NCBI GenBank assembly: GCA_964482725.1
Contig: CAYZYT010000004.1
Location: forward strand, 104,063 to 168,062
DNA: 64,000 nt
Reading direction: 5' to 3'
From: an uncultured bacterium
GTDB lineage: Bacteria > Omnitrophota > Omnitrophia > Omnitrophales > Aquincolibacteriaceae
Position 1 is the stretch's first letter, and the number at the start of each line of letters is the position of its first letter. Made by a program: the position numbers and the translations under genes. Below, in pieces: positions 55,003 through 64,000 of the stretch. Under the pieces are notes generated by a model. The model searched no databases and was not told the origin of the DNA. It saw nothing but the letters and a program-made list of their open reading frames with translations.

Positions 55003-55875
55003 ATGAAGACGGATAGGTTGTTTAAAGTGATGCTTGTGGTGTTAAGTGTTTTTTGTGTCGGGATTTTTCCGGTCCATGCGAAGGAAGGCATGATCCAGAT
55101 CAAGGGGTCGGACACGATCGTGAATTTGAGCCAGGCGTGGGCCGAGGAATTTATGACGGCAAATCCTCGGGTGAGTCTTGCTGTGACAGGGGGTGGTTCC
55201 GGTACCGGGATCGCGGCGCTGATCAACGGGACTACCGATATCGCCAATTCGAGCCGCAAGATCAAGAAGAAGGAGCTCGATGACGCCCAGAAGGCAGGGT
55301 ACTATCCCGAAGAATTCAAAGTAGCGGTCGACGCCCTCGCGGTGATCGTGAACCCGGCGAACCCCGTCAAGGAACTGACGATCGACCAGCTCTCCGGTAT
55401 TTTTACGGGGAAAATTACGAATTGGAACGAAGTCGGCGGGAAGAACGAGAAGATCCTGGTCCTCTCGCGTGAACGGAATTCGGGGACGCACATGTATTTT
55501 TTGGAACAAGTGTTAAGAAAAGGCAATGAGAAAGGGCCGGAGCAGTTTGCCCCGTCGGTCCTGATGCTGCCGTCCTCCGAGGCGATCATTAATGAAACCT
55601 CAACAAGCGAAAGCGCGATTGGCTACGACGGACTCGGCTATATATCCGCGAAGGTCAAAACCATCGCAGTCGCAAAGAAAGGCGGAGACCCCTTCGTTCA
55701 GCCTTCCAAAGAGACTGCGATGAACAGGACCTACCCGATCTGGCGTTTCCTCTATATATATACCGGCTTCAAGCCCAGGGGAGAGATCAAGGCCTTTCTT
55801 GATTTTGCCCTGAGCGCGAAGGGGCAGAAGATCGTTGAAGATATGGGTTTTGTTCCATTGGGTGAATCCCGATAG
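55003..55875 (+). CDS. pstS: Phosphate ABC transporter substrate-binding protein
   Basis: IKGSDT, GGGSGTGI, SSR, RE..SGT. Confidence 0.95.
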   Translation: MKTDRLFKVMLVVLSVFCVGIFPVHAKEGMIQIKGSDTIVNLSQAWAEEFMTANPRVSLAVTGGGSGTGIAALINGTTDIANSSRKIKKKELDDAQKAGYYPEEFKVAVDALAVIVNPANPVKELTIDQLSGIFTGKITNWNEVGGKNEKILVLSRERNSGTHMYFLEQVLRKGNEKGPEQFAPSVLMLPSSEAIINETSTSESAIGYDGLGYISAKVKTIAVAKKGGDPFVQPSKETAMNRTYPIWRFLYIYTGFKPRGEIKAFLDFALSAKGQKIVEDMGFVPLGESR

Positions 55876-55997
55876 AGATTCGTAAAAGGTTTTCCTGCGT
55901 TAGAGAGGAATGTGATAGTGAAAATGAAGTTGCCGCCATGTAATTCTCACCTTGACGGAAGCGCTCCCAAAAGGAGCGCTTCCTATCTCTAACGGGA
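55867..55997. mobile_element. MITE-like element, copy 1
   Basis: TIRs TCCCGATAGAGAT / ATCTCTAACGGGA (1 mismatch) with an internal GGAAGCGCT..AGCGCTTCC hairpin. Confidence 0.6.
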
Positions 55998-56004
55998 GAG
56001 CAGA

Positions 56005-56871
56005 GTGAGAAAGTTCCGCGAAGCGATCATTGAGAAGGCCATTCTTCTGAATGGTTTTGCGTGCATCCTCTTTGTCATTCTGATCTTTGTTTTTTTAGCA
56101 AAAGACGGGCTTACGCTCTTCAAAACGATCGCGATCCAGGATTTTCTTTTCGGGAAAATTTGGAGCCCGCTTGCCGAACCCCCGCAATTCGGGATCCTGC
56201 CGCTTTTTCTCGGATCCTTGTTTGTGACGATCGGAGCGGCTGTTATTTCAGTTCCTCTTAGCATGGCCTGCGCGATCTTTATTGGTGAGATCGCGCCGCG
56301 CTGGATGCGGGAGACGTTAAAAGCCGGTGTCGAACTTCTGGCGGCCATCCCAAGCATTGTGATCGGTTTTATCGGAATGGCCATGCTTGGCCCCATTGTA
56401 AAAAATCTATTCCATCTCCCCACGGGGCTGACCGCGCTGACCGGGTCCGTTGCACTGGCTTTTATGGCCATTCCGACTATGGTGAGCATTATGGAAGATG
56501 CGATCACTTCCGTGCCGCGGACTTATAAGGAGGGATCACTCGCGCTAGGCGCTACGCATTGGCAGACGGTCTACCGGGTCATTATCCCTGCGGCGTCTTC
56601 GGGGATCGTGGCCGCCATCATGCTTGGGATCGGTCGCGTGATCGGAGAGACCATGGCCGTGATGATGCTCACTGGAAATGCCTCGGTGATGCCTGAGACG
56701 ATCCTGGCGCCCGTCCGAACCTTGACCGCTACCATTGCCGCCGAAATGGGGGAGACCGTGCGCGGGAGTGAACATTATTTCTCGCTTTTTGCTATCGGCT
56801 TGGTTCTTTTCGGGATCACGTTCCTCATTAATTTTCTAGCCGACATGGCGCGTCATAGGAAAAGGAAATGA
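56005..56871 (+). CDS. pstC: Phosphate ABC permease PstC
   Basis: LAAIPSIVIG, ALGATHWQT, RVIGETMAV. Confidence 0.95.
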   Translation: MRKFREAIIEKAILLNGFACILFVILIFVFLAKDGLTLFKTIAIQDFLFGKIWSPLAEPPQFGILPLFLGSLFVTIGAAVISVPLSMACAIFIGEIAPRWMRETLKAGVELLAAIPSIVIGFIGMAMLGPIVKNLFHLPTGLTALTGSVALAFMAIPTMVSIMEDAITSVPRTYKEGSLALGATHWQTVYRVIIPAASSGIVAAIMLGIGRVIGETMAVMMLTGNASVMPETILAPVRTLTATIAAEMGETVRGSEHYFSLFAIGLVLFGITFLINFLADMARHRKRK

Positions 56872-57719
56872 AACTCAAGTCTCAAACAAAACAAAAGATC
56901 GCTTTTACGTTGCTCGGTCTGGCGGCCGTCACCGTGATCGTTCCGGTAATCCTTATCCTGGTAATCCTTATCCAAAGGGGATGGCCCGCGATCAGTTGGC
57001 AATTTTTGACGGAAATGCCACGCATGGGAATGCGGGCTGGCGGTATTTTTCCTGCGATCATGGGGACCTTATGTCTTGTCGCGTGTGCGATTAGCGTTGC
57101 CCTGCCGCTTGGGGTTCTTACGGCGATCTATCTCGTGGAGTATGCCAAGAAAAATTGGTGGACGCGGATGATCGAGATCGCCATCGTGAACCTGGCGGGT
57201 GTCCCCTCGGTGGTCTACGGTCTTTTCGGCCTTGGACTTTTTGTGATCTTTTTTCATTTCGGGTCTTCGATTCTTGCTGGGGCGCTCACGCTCGCGATCA
57301 TGGAATTGCCCGTGATCATCACCTCTTCAAAAGAGGCTCTCATGAGCGTTCCGCGTTCTTTCCGGGAAGCGAGCCTCGCCTTGGGGGTTAGTAAATGGGA
57401 AACGATCCGCTGCGTGGTGCTTCCAAATGCCCTTCCAGGCATCCTGACCGGTTCGATCTTGGGCGTCAGCCGAACAGCCGGCGAGACGGCCCCGATCCTT
57501 TTTACGGTCGCGGCCTTTTATTTGCCCAGGCTTCCCCAGTCGATCTTTGATCAGTGCATGGCGCTGCCCTATCACCTTTATGTTCTTTCCACGCAGGTCC
57601 CGAATGTGAAGCCGGCACTTCAATATGGAACGGCGCTCGTGCTGGTGGGCATGGTATTTTCGCTTAATCTGGTAGCGATCCTTGTGCGCGCGCATATACG
57701 GAGTAAAAAACAATGGTAA
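56868..57719 (+). CDS. pstA: Phosphate ABC permease PstA
   Basis: GGIFPAI.GT, LAGVPSVVYGLFG, GETAPI. Confidence 0.95.
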   Translation: MKLKSQTKQKIAFTLLGLAAVTVIVPVILILVILIQRGWPAISWQFLTEMPRMGMRAGGIFPAIMGTLCLVACAISVALPLGVLTAIYLVEYAKKNWWTRMIEIAIVNLAGVPSVVYGLFGLGLFVIFFHFGSSILAGALTLAIMELPVIITSSKEALMSVPRSFREASLALGVSKWETIRCVVLPNALPGILTGSILGVSRTAGETAPILFTVAAFYLPRLPQSIFDQCMALPYHLYVLSTQVPNVKPALQYGTALVLVGMVFSLNLVAILVRAHIRSKKQW

Positions 57720-58570
57720 ACCTATCCTCCGACCGTCATTCTGAGCTCGGCGGGCAGCCGGGCGAAGAATCTCAGAAGAGAGATCCTTCGGCTTTGCCTC
57801 AGGATGACAGGAGATGTGTTTCAGATAAGATCATCGTTAAAGATCTGAACATTGATTACGGTGGCGTTCCGGCCCTGAAGGGTGTGAATTTTTCCGTGAA
57901 GGACAAGGAGATCCTCGGCGTGATCGGCCCGGCCAATAGCGGAAAGACCTCATTTTTGCGTGCCCTCAACCGGCTGAATGATCTGGACCTTGGTTGCAAG
58001 ATGAGAGGATCGATCCTTTTGAACGGCAAGGACATCAACCGGGAGATGGACGCCGAAGAAGTGCGGAAAAAAGTGACCATGGTCTTTGCACTTCCGATCC
58101 CGCTTCCGATGTCGATCTTTGACAATGTCGCGTATGGTCCAAGGCGCCACGGTGTGAAAGATAAGAAAAAGCTCGAAGAGATCGTGGAAAAAAGTCTTAA
58201 GGCGTCATTTCTTTGGGAGGAGGTGAAGGACCGGCTTTCGTCTTCCGGGATGAAGCTTTCCGGCGGTCAGCAGCAGCGTCTTTGCATCGCACGGACGCTC
58301 GCCGTAGAGCCGGAAGTGATCCTTTATGATGAACCCTGTTCCGGGCTCGATCCTATCTCTACGGCTAAAGTGGAAGAAGCCATGCGGGAGCTGAAGTCCC
58401 GCTATACCCAGATCCTCGTGACCAACAATGTAAAGCAGGCTGCGCGAGTCGGGGACCGGGTCGCATTCTTTTTGATGGGAGAGCTTGTGGAGATCGATGG
58501 AGCCCAGAAGATTTTCACCACCCCGAGCGATAAACGTACCAATGATTATCTTACGGGACGATTCGGGTAA
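57713..58570 (+). CDS. pstB: Phosphate ABC ATPase, copy 1 (degenerate Q-loop and H-loop)
   Basis: [26 protein letters not shown]. Confidence 0.9.
   Translation: MVNLSSDRHSELGGQPGEESQKRDPSALPQDDRRCVSDKIIVKDLNIDYGGVPALKGVNFSVKDKEILGVIGPANSGKTSFLRALNRLNDLDLGCKMRGSILLNGKDINREMDAEEVRKKVTMVFALPIPLPMSIFDNVAYGPRRHGVKDKKKLEEIVEKSLKASFLWEEVKDRLSSSGMKLSGGQQQRLCIARTLAVEPEVILYDEPCSGLDPISTAKVEEAMRELKSRYTQILVTNNVKQAARVGDRVAFFLMGELVEIDGAQKIFTTPSDKRTNDYLTGRFG
57735..57808. repeat. CGTC-type REP-like palindrome inside the pstB1 5' end
   Basis: GTCATTCTGAG...GAAGAATCT...GAGATCCTTCG...CTCAGGATGAC. Confidence 0.85.
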
Positions 58571-58579
58571 CACAACATC

Positions 58580-58650
58580 GTCATTCTGAGGGCTGTGAAA
58601 CAGCCCGAAGAATCTCAAAGCGAGATCCTTCGGTTGCGCCTCAGGATGAC
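58580..58650. repeat. CGTC-type REP-like palindrome between the two pstB genes
   Basis: Same architecture as 57735-57808. Confidence 0.85.
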
Positions 58651-58674
58651 AAAAGGGATTTTCAGGAAAGCATT

Positions 58675-59427
58675 ATGAATAAGATCGAAACACAAAATCT
58701 CAATCTGTTCTACGGAACGTTCCAGGCGCTGATCGATGTGAACCTTACGATCGAGGAGAAAAAGATCACCGCGCTGATCGGCCCCTCGGGATGCGGGAAA
58801 TCCACTCTGCTCCGGACATTTAACCGTATGAATGATCTGATCGATGGGGTGAAGATCACCGGGCAGGTCCTGATCGACGGACGGAATATCTATGGCTCCG
58901 GGACCGATCTTGTGGAGCTTCGTAAAAAAGTGGGCATGGTCTTTCAGCGGCCGAATCCCTTTCCACTCTCTATTTTCGACAATATTGCCTACGGTCCGCG
59001 GACGCATGGGCTCAAGGATAAAGCCCAGCTTCAGGAGGTCGTGGAACAGGCGCTCTCTCATGTGCAGCTTTGGGATGCTTTGAAGGACAAGCTGGATTAT
59101 TCCGCATTGAATCTTTCTCTTGAGCAGCAACAGAGGCTTTGCATTGCACGTCTTATGGCGGTCACGCCCGATGTGGTGCTTATGGACGAGCCTTGTTCGG
59201 CGCTGGACCCGGTGGCGACACAAAAGATTGAAGAGCTGATGATCGAGCTGAAGAAACATTATACGATCCTGATCGTGACGCATAACATGCAGCAGGCTGC
59301 CCGCGTTTCAGATCGCACAGGATTCATGCTTCTTGGAAAACTCGTTGAGTATGGAGAAACCCGGCAGATCTTTACGAACCCGGCAGAAAAACAAACCGAA
59401 GAATACATCACCGGAAGGTACGGATGA
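58675..59427 (+). CDS. pstB: Phosphate ABC ATPase, copy 2 (degenerate signature motif)
   Basis: [28 protein letters not shown]. Confidence 0.93.
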   Translation: MNKIETQNLNLFYGTFQALIDVNLTIEEKKITALIGPSGCGKSTLLRTFNRMNDLIDGVKITGQVLIDGRNIYGSGTDLVELRKKVGMVFQRPNPFPLSIFDNIAYGPRTHGLKDKAQLQEVVEQALSHVQLWDALKDKLDYSALNLSLEQQQRLCIARLMAVTPDVVLMDEPCSALDPVATQKIEELMIELKKHYTILIVTHNMQQAARVSDRTGFMLLGKLVEYGETRQIFTNPAEKQTEEYITGRYG

Positions 59428-59428
59428 G

Positions 59429-59555
59429 CCCCGTTAGAGACTGGTGGGGTGAAATGCAAAAGGGTGAGCGTAAAAATAATGGATTTTAAAACAGATCTTA
59501 AAAATAATGAAAATACGGAAGCGCTTTTGAAAAGCGCTTCCTGTCTCTAACGGGG
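59429..59555. mobile_element. MITE-like element, copy 2
   Basis: Perfect 13-bp TIR CCCCGTTAGAGAC / GTCTCTAACGGGG; internal hairpin at 59517-59541. Confidence 0.65.
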
Positions 59556-59569
59556 TAAAGGAGAAAAAC

Positions 59570-60232
59570 ATGGAAAGACATTTTGCGGAAGAATTGAAGA
59601 CGTTGAAACAAAAATTATTCCAGATGGGGCTTTTGGTCGAGGGCGCTATCGAAAAATCTTTTGAGGCGCTGATCGAGCGTTCGGAAGACCGCGTGAAGGC
59701 GGTCTTTGAGGACGAAAAGGTCATCAATTCCCTAGAGATCGAGATCGACGAAACAGGGCATATGCTTCTTGCTCTGGTGCAGCCGATGGCCCGCGACCTT
59801 CGTCTCATTACCATGATCCTCAAGATCAATACAGATCTGGAGCGTATGGGCGATCATGCGGTCAATATCGCTGAAAAAAGCCAATACTTGATCAGCCAGG
59901 CGCCCCTCAAGCTGGATTTTCCCTTGGAGCCGATGGCGGAAGCCGTGAAAAAAATGGTTCGCGACGCCTTGGATTGCTTTATGAACGAGAACGTGGATCT
60001 TGCGCGCAAGGTGCTTGAAAGTGACGATAAGATCGACGACTACAATGACAAGCTCTATCTGGATATGGTGGCGCTTATGGAGAAAGATCCTCAGACGGTT
60101 CGCCGGGCCTTGAGCGTTGTCATGATCGGACGCAATCTCGAACGCATCGCCGATCTCTCCAACAACATCGCTGAAGACACCATCTATCTGAAGCAGGGCA
60201 AGGAAGTCCGCCACCACTTCGAAACAACATAG
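59570..60232 (+). CDS. phoU: Phosphate signalling protein PhoU
   Basis: QPMARDLR, DLERMGDHA, LERIAD. Confidence 0.95.
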   Translation: MERHFAEELKTLKQKLFQMGLLVEGAIEKSFEALIERSEDRVKAVFEDEKVINSLEIEIDETGHMLLALVQPMARDLRLITMILKINTDLERMGDHAVNIAEKSQYLISQAPLKLDFPLEPMAEAVKKMVRDALDCFMNENVDLARKVLESDDKIDDYNDKLYLDMVALMEKDPQTVRRALSVVMIGRNLERIADLSNNIAEDTIYLKQGKEVRHHFETT

Positions 60233-60460
60233 TAGATTTTCGATTAAAATGGAGCGCAGTGGCTAGTTTTTCAACAGCGCATTTTCCAAGCGTGCGAGAT
60301 GCCCGTCTTCATGTTTTCTCTACACATTTTTTCCTTTACGGGCAGGGTATGGCAAAGTAACATGTCTGCGCTTTGGTTTGATAAATAATCTCCCCACAGG
60401 GCCGGCGAATGACGGTCCGAAGCGACTTCCTGGAACACAGAACCGATAAAGGAGTAAATT

Positions 60461-61093
60461 ATGGCGTTTGGATTCCTTCTTCCGAAAGAGACCAGTTTCT
60501 TCGATTATTTTGACAAGCAGGCGGATTATGCTGTTCAGGCAGCCACCCATTTTGTAAAAATGGTCGCCGACTACAAAGTGGATGAGACCGAGGTCGGGAT
60601 CATGAAAGAGATCGAGCATCTCGGAGATGAGGTGACCCATCAGGTCATGGATCAATTGAACAATACGTTTATCACGCCGTTTGATCGCGAGGATATTCAT
60701 GACTTGGCGAAAAAGATGGATGATATTGTCGACATGCTTTACACGCTGACCAAGCGTCTTCGCGTCTATAAGATCCTGAGCATGGAAAGAAACCTTACGG
60801 AATTTGCCCGGGTGATCGAAATGTCCGTTAAGGGCGTTTCGCAAGCCGTCAAAGGGCTCCGGGACATGAAGCGAAGCAAAGAGATCTTGAAGGCCTGTAT
60901 CGAGGTGAATAACCTTGAAAACCTAGGCGACAGGATGCGTGACGACATGCTTGGCGAGCTTTTTGAAAAATATGCCAAGGATCCCGTCGCGGTGATCAAA
61001 TGGAAAGATATCTATCAGGATGCGGAAACGGTCCTGGATGTTTGTGAAGACGTGGTGCACGTGGTTGAATCCATTCTCGTCAAACACGCTTAA
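60461..61093 (+). CDS. DUF47 PhoU-like phosphate transport regulator
   Basis: EH.GD, FITPFDREDI; precedes pit. Confidence 0.9.
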   Translation: MAFGFLLPKETSFFDYFDKQADYAVQAATHFVKMVADYKVDETEVGIMKEIEHLGDEVTHQVMDQLNNTFITPFDREDIHDLAKKMDDIVDMLYTLTKRLRVYKILSMERNLTEFARVIEMSVKGVSQAVKGLRDMKRSKEILKACIEVNNLENLGDRMRDDMLGELFEKYAKDPVAVIKWKDIYQDAETVLDVCEDVVHVVESILVKHA

Positions 61094-61096
61094 AAC

Positions 61097-62089
61097 ATGA
61101 CTACGTGGATCCTTTTTCTTATCCTGCTGGCGCTCACGTTTGATTTTCTGAACGGTTTCCACGATTCCGCGAACTCCATTGCGACTGTCGTTTCTACCCG
61201 AGTTCTCTCTCCGCAGCATGCGGTGCTTTGGGCTGCTTTCTTCAACTTTATCGCGTTCCTCTTTTTCGGGCTCCATGTGGCGAATACGATCGGGAAGGGG
61301 ATTATTGATATTAACATTGTGGATAGCCAGATCATCTTCGGTGCTTTGATGGGCGCTTGCGCCTGGAACATTATTACCTGGTACTTTGGATTGCCGACCA
61401 GCTCCTCTCATGCTCTGATCGGCGGGTTGGTCGGGGCGGCGCTCGTGAAGGCCGGCACAGGGTCTCTGGTCTGGAGCGGGATCATCAAAACAGTCGCTTT
61501 TATTTTAATCTCCCCGGTAGTGGGACTTATTTTGGGGGTTCTTTATGGCGTCATCGTCCATTGGCTTGCCCGGAAGAGTTCGCCGGCGGGAGTCGACCAC
61601 TGGTTCCGGAAAGGGCAACTTGTTTCCGCGGCGCTTTACAGCCTAGGGCATGGGGGGAATGATGCGCAAAAGACCATGGGCATTATCGCCAGCCTCCTTT
61701 TCAGCGCGGGCCTTCTTGGGAAAGAATTCCACATTCCTTTTTGGGTCGTGATCTCGTGTCAGGCGGCCATCGCCCTGGGAACAATGTTCGGGGGCTGGAG
61801 GATCGTGAAGACCATGGGGCAGAAAGTCGCGAAGCTTCGCCCGGTGGACGGTTTTTGCGCAGAAGCTGGGGCCGCTACGAGTTTATTTGTGGCTTCCGCC
61901 TTCGGTATTCCGGTTAGCACGACGCACACGATCACCGGCGCGATCATGGGCGTGGGCTCTCTCAAACGAATGAGCGCCGTGCGTTGGGGGGTTGCGGGGA
62001 ATATCGTTTGGGCCTGGATCATCACGATCCCGTGCTCAGCGGCGATCTCAGCCCTCTCTTACGTGGCGGCCAAATTCTTTTTTAAATAA
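61097..62089 (+). CDS. pit: PiT-family inorganic phosphate transporter
   Basis: NGFHDSAN, PTSSSHA, HGGNDAQK, PVSTTH. Confidence 0.95.
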   Translation: MTTWILFLILLALTFDFLNGFHDSANSIATVVSTRVLSPQHAVLWAAFFNFIAFLFFGLHVANTIGKGIIDINIVDSQIIFGALMGACAWNIITWYFGLPTSSSHALIGGLVGAALVKAGTGSLVWSGIIKTVAFILISPVVGLILGVLYGVIVHWLARKSSPAGVDHWFRKGQLVSAALYSLGHGGNDAQKTMGIIASLLFSAGLLGKEFHIPFWVVISCQAAIALGTMFGGWRIVKTMGQKVAKLRPVDGFCAEAGAATSLFVASAFGIPVSTTHTITGAIMGVGSLKRMSAVRWGVAGNIVWAWIITIPCSAAISALSYVAAKFFFK

Positions 62090-62236
62090 GCCCTTCCCCA
62101 GTCTGGATCTTCGGCCACGTGTCTGCCCAAGGTGGAAAAAACCTAACTTCTAAAACTTCGCAAGAGAGCTCTTCTTCTTCGTCTGCTCCGCTCGGGGAGG
62201 ACGCGAGCTATCTGAGAGCTTCCACTGCCCGGTGTT

Positions 62237-63415
62237 TTACTGTTTTCCCATTTCCAGAGAAGCGCTTACAGAAGGGTCGAGCGTCGTTTGAGCGTCTGGC
62301 GGGGAAGGAGGGTTGGAAGGAGAGGGGTCCGACTCCACCGCTAGATCCGCATCCGGGTTTTCAGGTGCTGCTGTTTCCATAGGAGCTTGCACCCCAACAG
62401 CCTGAATTTCCTTGCGCTTGGGGGCCGCTTCTTTTTCTGGCACAGTGGGCGGAAGGACTTTTTTCTCCGGTTTTTCTTTAGGGGTGTTTGAGATTATCCT
62501 TTCTCTTTTCAAAGGAATTTCAACAGCAGCTTTTATTTTGCTCGGGATCTCTTCCCGTCTTGCTTGGAATTTCGAAAAGCGAGGGTCCTTCTCGTCCAGG
62601 AAAATTTCTTTAGTGCCGGGCGGGATTCTCAAGATGAAATCCAGCGGGTCGATCGTGTCCAGAGCCGTGACCCGGGTGAAGAAGATCGCGCTGCCTTTTT
62701 TTGTTTCGGGAGATGAGATCGTGACCTTCTTCGGGAAAATGATCGAATCGTAGGAGCCAACATGACCCCGGAGTTCGCGAAAATCATAGCGCTGGATCTC
62801 CGTGACCGGTCGTTCCTTTGAATCATAAAAGAGCTCGCCGCGCACGTCACCCTCAGGCGTCAGGTAGAGTTTTCTCTCCAGTTTTCCCTCGTCTTCCTTC
62901 CGTCCATAAACATCCAGACTCGTGATCGCAGAATTGGTTCGTTCAACCTTGGTGCGACGAGGGTCAACGGCCATCGGCTTGAGCGCCCGGTAAAGATCGC
63001 GGGCCTTGAGATGACTTTCAATGTCCGGAGAATCCTCCAGGTCGAAGATGGATCCGTGATAGACCGTGTTCTGAGCGGGGAGGTAAAGGTCAAAGCGGCG
63101 ATCGAGTGTACGGAACACGAACATTAATTCTTGACGTGCATCGACGCAGGTGAGGAACATGCGCTCATCAAGGCGTTGATACAAAAGCTCTCCGCCGCAC
63201 ATGGCGTTCGGATCCCCTTCTTTTGCGAAAAAAAGAAGCACATCCGCGCGGATCGCGATCCAGCGATAATGGCGGGATGCGATCTTTTGGAGAAGGCCCT
63301 CCAGTTCAGCGCTCGGCGCTGTTTCCGCACGAGCCACAGCACTGAAATTTAGAAGAGAGAGGAAAAGGAAGATTAGAAAAAAGGAGCGCAATGCGCGGTC
63401 CCCATGCCGATCCAT
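62237..63415 (-). CDS. Exported LolA-like fold protein with a Pro/Glu-rich tail
   Basis: Signal-like segment, beta-rich core ending FPKKVTI; start uncertain. Confidence 0.6.
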   Translation of the reverse strand: MDRHGDRALRSFFLIFLFLSLLNFSAVARAETAPSAELEGLLQKIASRHYRWIAIRADVLLFFAKEGDPNAMCGGELLYQRLDERMFLTCVDARQELMFVFRTLDRRFDLYLPAQNTVYHGSIFDLEDSPDIESHLKARDLYRALKPMAVDPRRTKVERTNSAITSLDVYGRKEDEGKLERKLYLTPEGDVRGELFYDSKERPVTEIQRYDFRELRGHVGSYDSIIFPKKVTISSPETKKGSAIFFTRVTALDTIDPLDFILRIPPGTKEIFLDEKDPRFSKFQARREEIPSKIKAAVEIPLKRERIISNTPKEKPEKKVLPPTVPEKEAAPKRKEIQAVGVQAPMETAAPENPDADLAVESDPSPSNPPSPPDAQTTLDPSVSASLEMGKQ

Positions 63416-63571
63416 TGAAGCGAAGCGGCACCTGATTCTCTTTAATTTTAAAACAAAGGTAATCAGTGCCGTCCCAGTCGCCATGAATAAAAAGAAAAAA
63501 AGACTTGGACGGAAATGGGGGCCGCCCAGGTCGCCCTTAATAAAAGGGAAATAAAGACACGGGCCGGCCAT

Positions 63572-64000
63572 TTAATTCCGAGGAGTTTCGGCGAGGATCT
63601 TTTTCGTGTGGAAGATGCGCTGGAGTGCGGTCGCGTGCGTGCCGACCACCAGGACCAGCAGTATCAACTTTAAAAGTGGAAAAACGAGCGTTCCCGCGAT
63701 CAAGAGCAGGATCCTTTCCGATCTCCCGAAGATGCCCACGCCGCAAGCTTTAATGAAATTTTCGGCGCGTGCCTTGGTATAGCTGATCACGAAGGAGCCC
63801 AGGAGGATACCGAGCGTGACGAAAAACCAAAAGATCTCTCCGTTACGGATAAAATAGGTCGCGAGCCCCGCAAATACAAAGAAATCAGAATAGCGATCCA
63901 CGACCGAATCCAGGAAGGCACCAAAGGGGCTTGCTTTTCCCGTGGAACGCGCCAAGGGGCCGTCGAGCAGGTCGGCCGCTCCGGCGATGAAAAGCATGAC
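63572..64000 (-). CDS. CDP-alcohol phosphatidyltransferase (5' end outside the window)
   Basis: DLLDGPLAR...GAFLDSVVDRYSD motif; SYTKARAE. Confidence 0.92.
   Translation of the reverse strand, partial: VMLFIAGAADLLDGPLARSTGKASPFGAFLDSVVDRYSDFFVFAGLATYFIRNGEIFWFFVTLGILLGSFVISYTKARAENFIKACGVGIFGRSERILLLIAGTLVFPLLKLILLVLVVGTHATALQRIFHTKKILAETPRN

Noticed and set aside
60233-60460. Riboswitch (ykkC-like) upstream of DUF47-pit
   Set aside because: Only a GGTCCGA fragment resembles it and the other conserved elements are not visible; an Rfam scan would be needed.

Overview
Bacterial genomic window. The lineage is probably Candidatus Omnitrophota or a related PVC-type group; this is inferred from gene content, not verified. 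The first third is one 21.4-kb giant gene (7147 aa). It has a signal peptide, an N-terminal TraB/TIKI/ChaN-like domain and about 17 unrelated modules: FabD-like, two GNATs, HPr-like, PP2C phosphatase, SAM methyltransferase, Hanks kinase, atypical kinase, HTH repeats, HATPase, FHA-like and several unknowns. Nearly all module boundaries are marked by a pentapeptide R-[S/A]-E-[V/I/A/M/L]-R, which occurs 19 times with varied codons. My main hypothesis is an exported, possibly self-processing polyprotein that carries effector cassettes. The rest is mostly housekeeping (ychF, cysE, rnhA, pepA, rsmB-like, trmJ-like, pyrE, mutY, suhB, icd/acnA/gltA, gapN), plus a 1333-aa secreted BACON protein with a nucleotidyltransferase-like C-terminus and a complete Pho regulon (phoBR, porin, pstSCABB-phoU, DUF47-pit) with Pho boxes. 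Several families of short palindromic elements are present, some translated in-frame inside proteins. No rRNA, tRNA, CRISPR or transposase was seen. All domain calls come from motifs read by eye, not from database searches.
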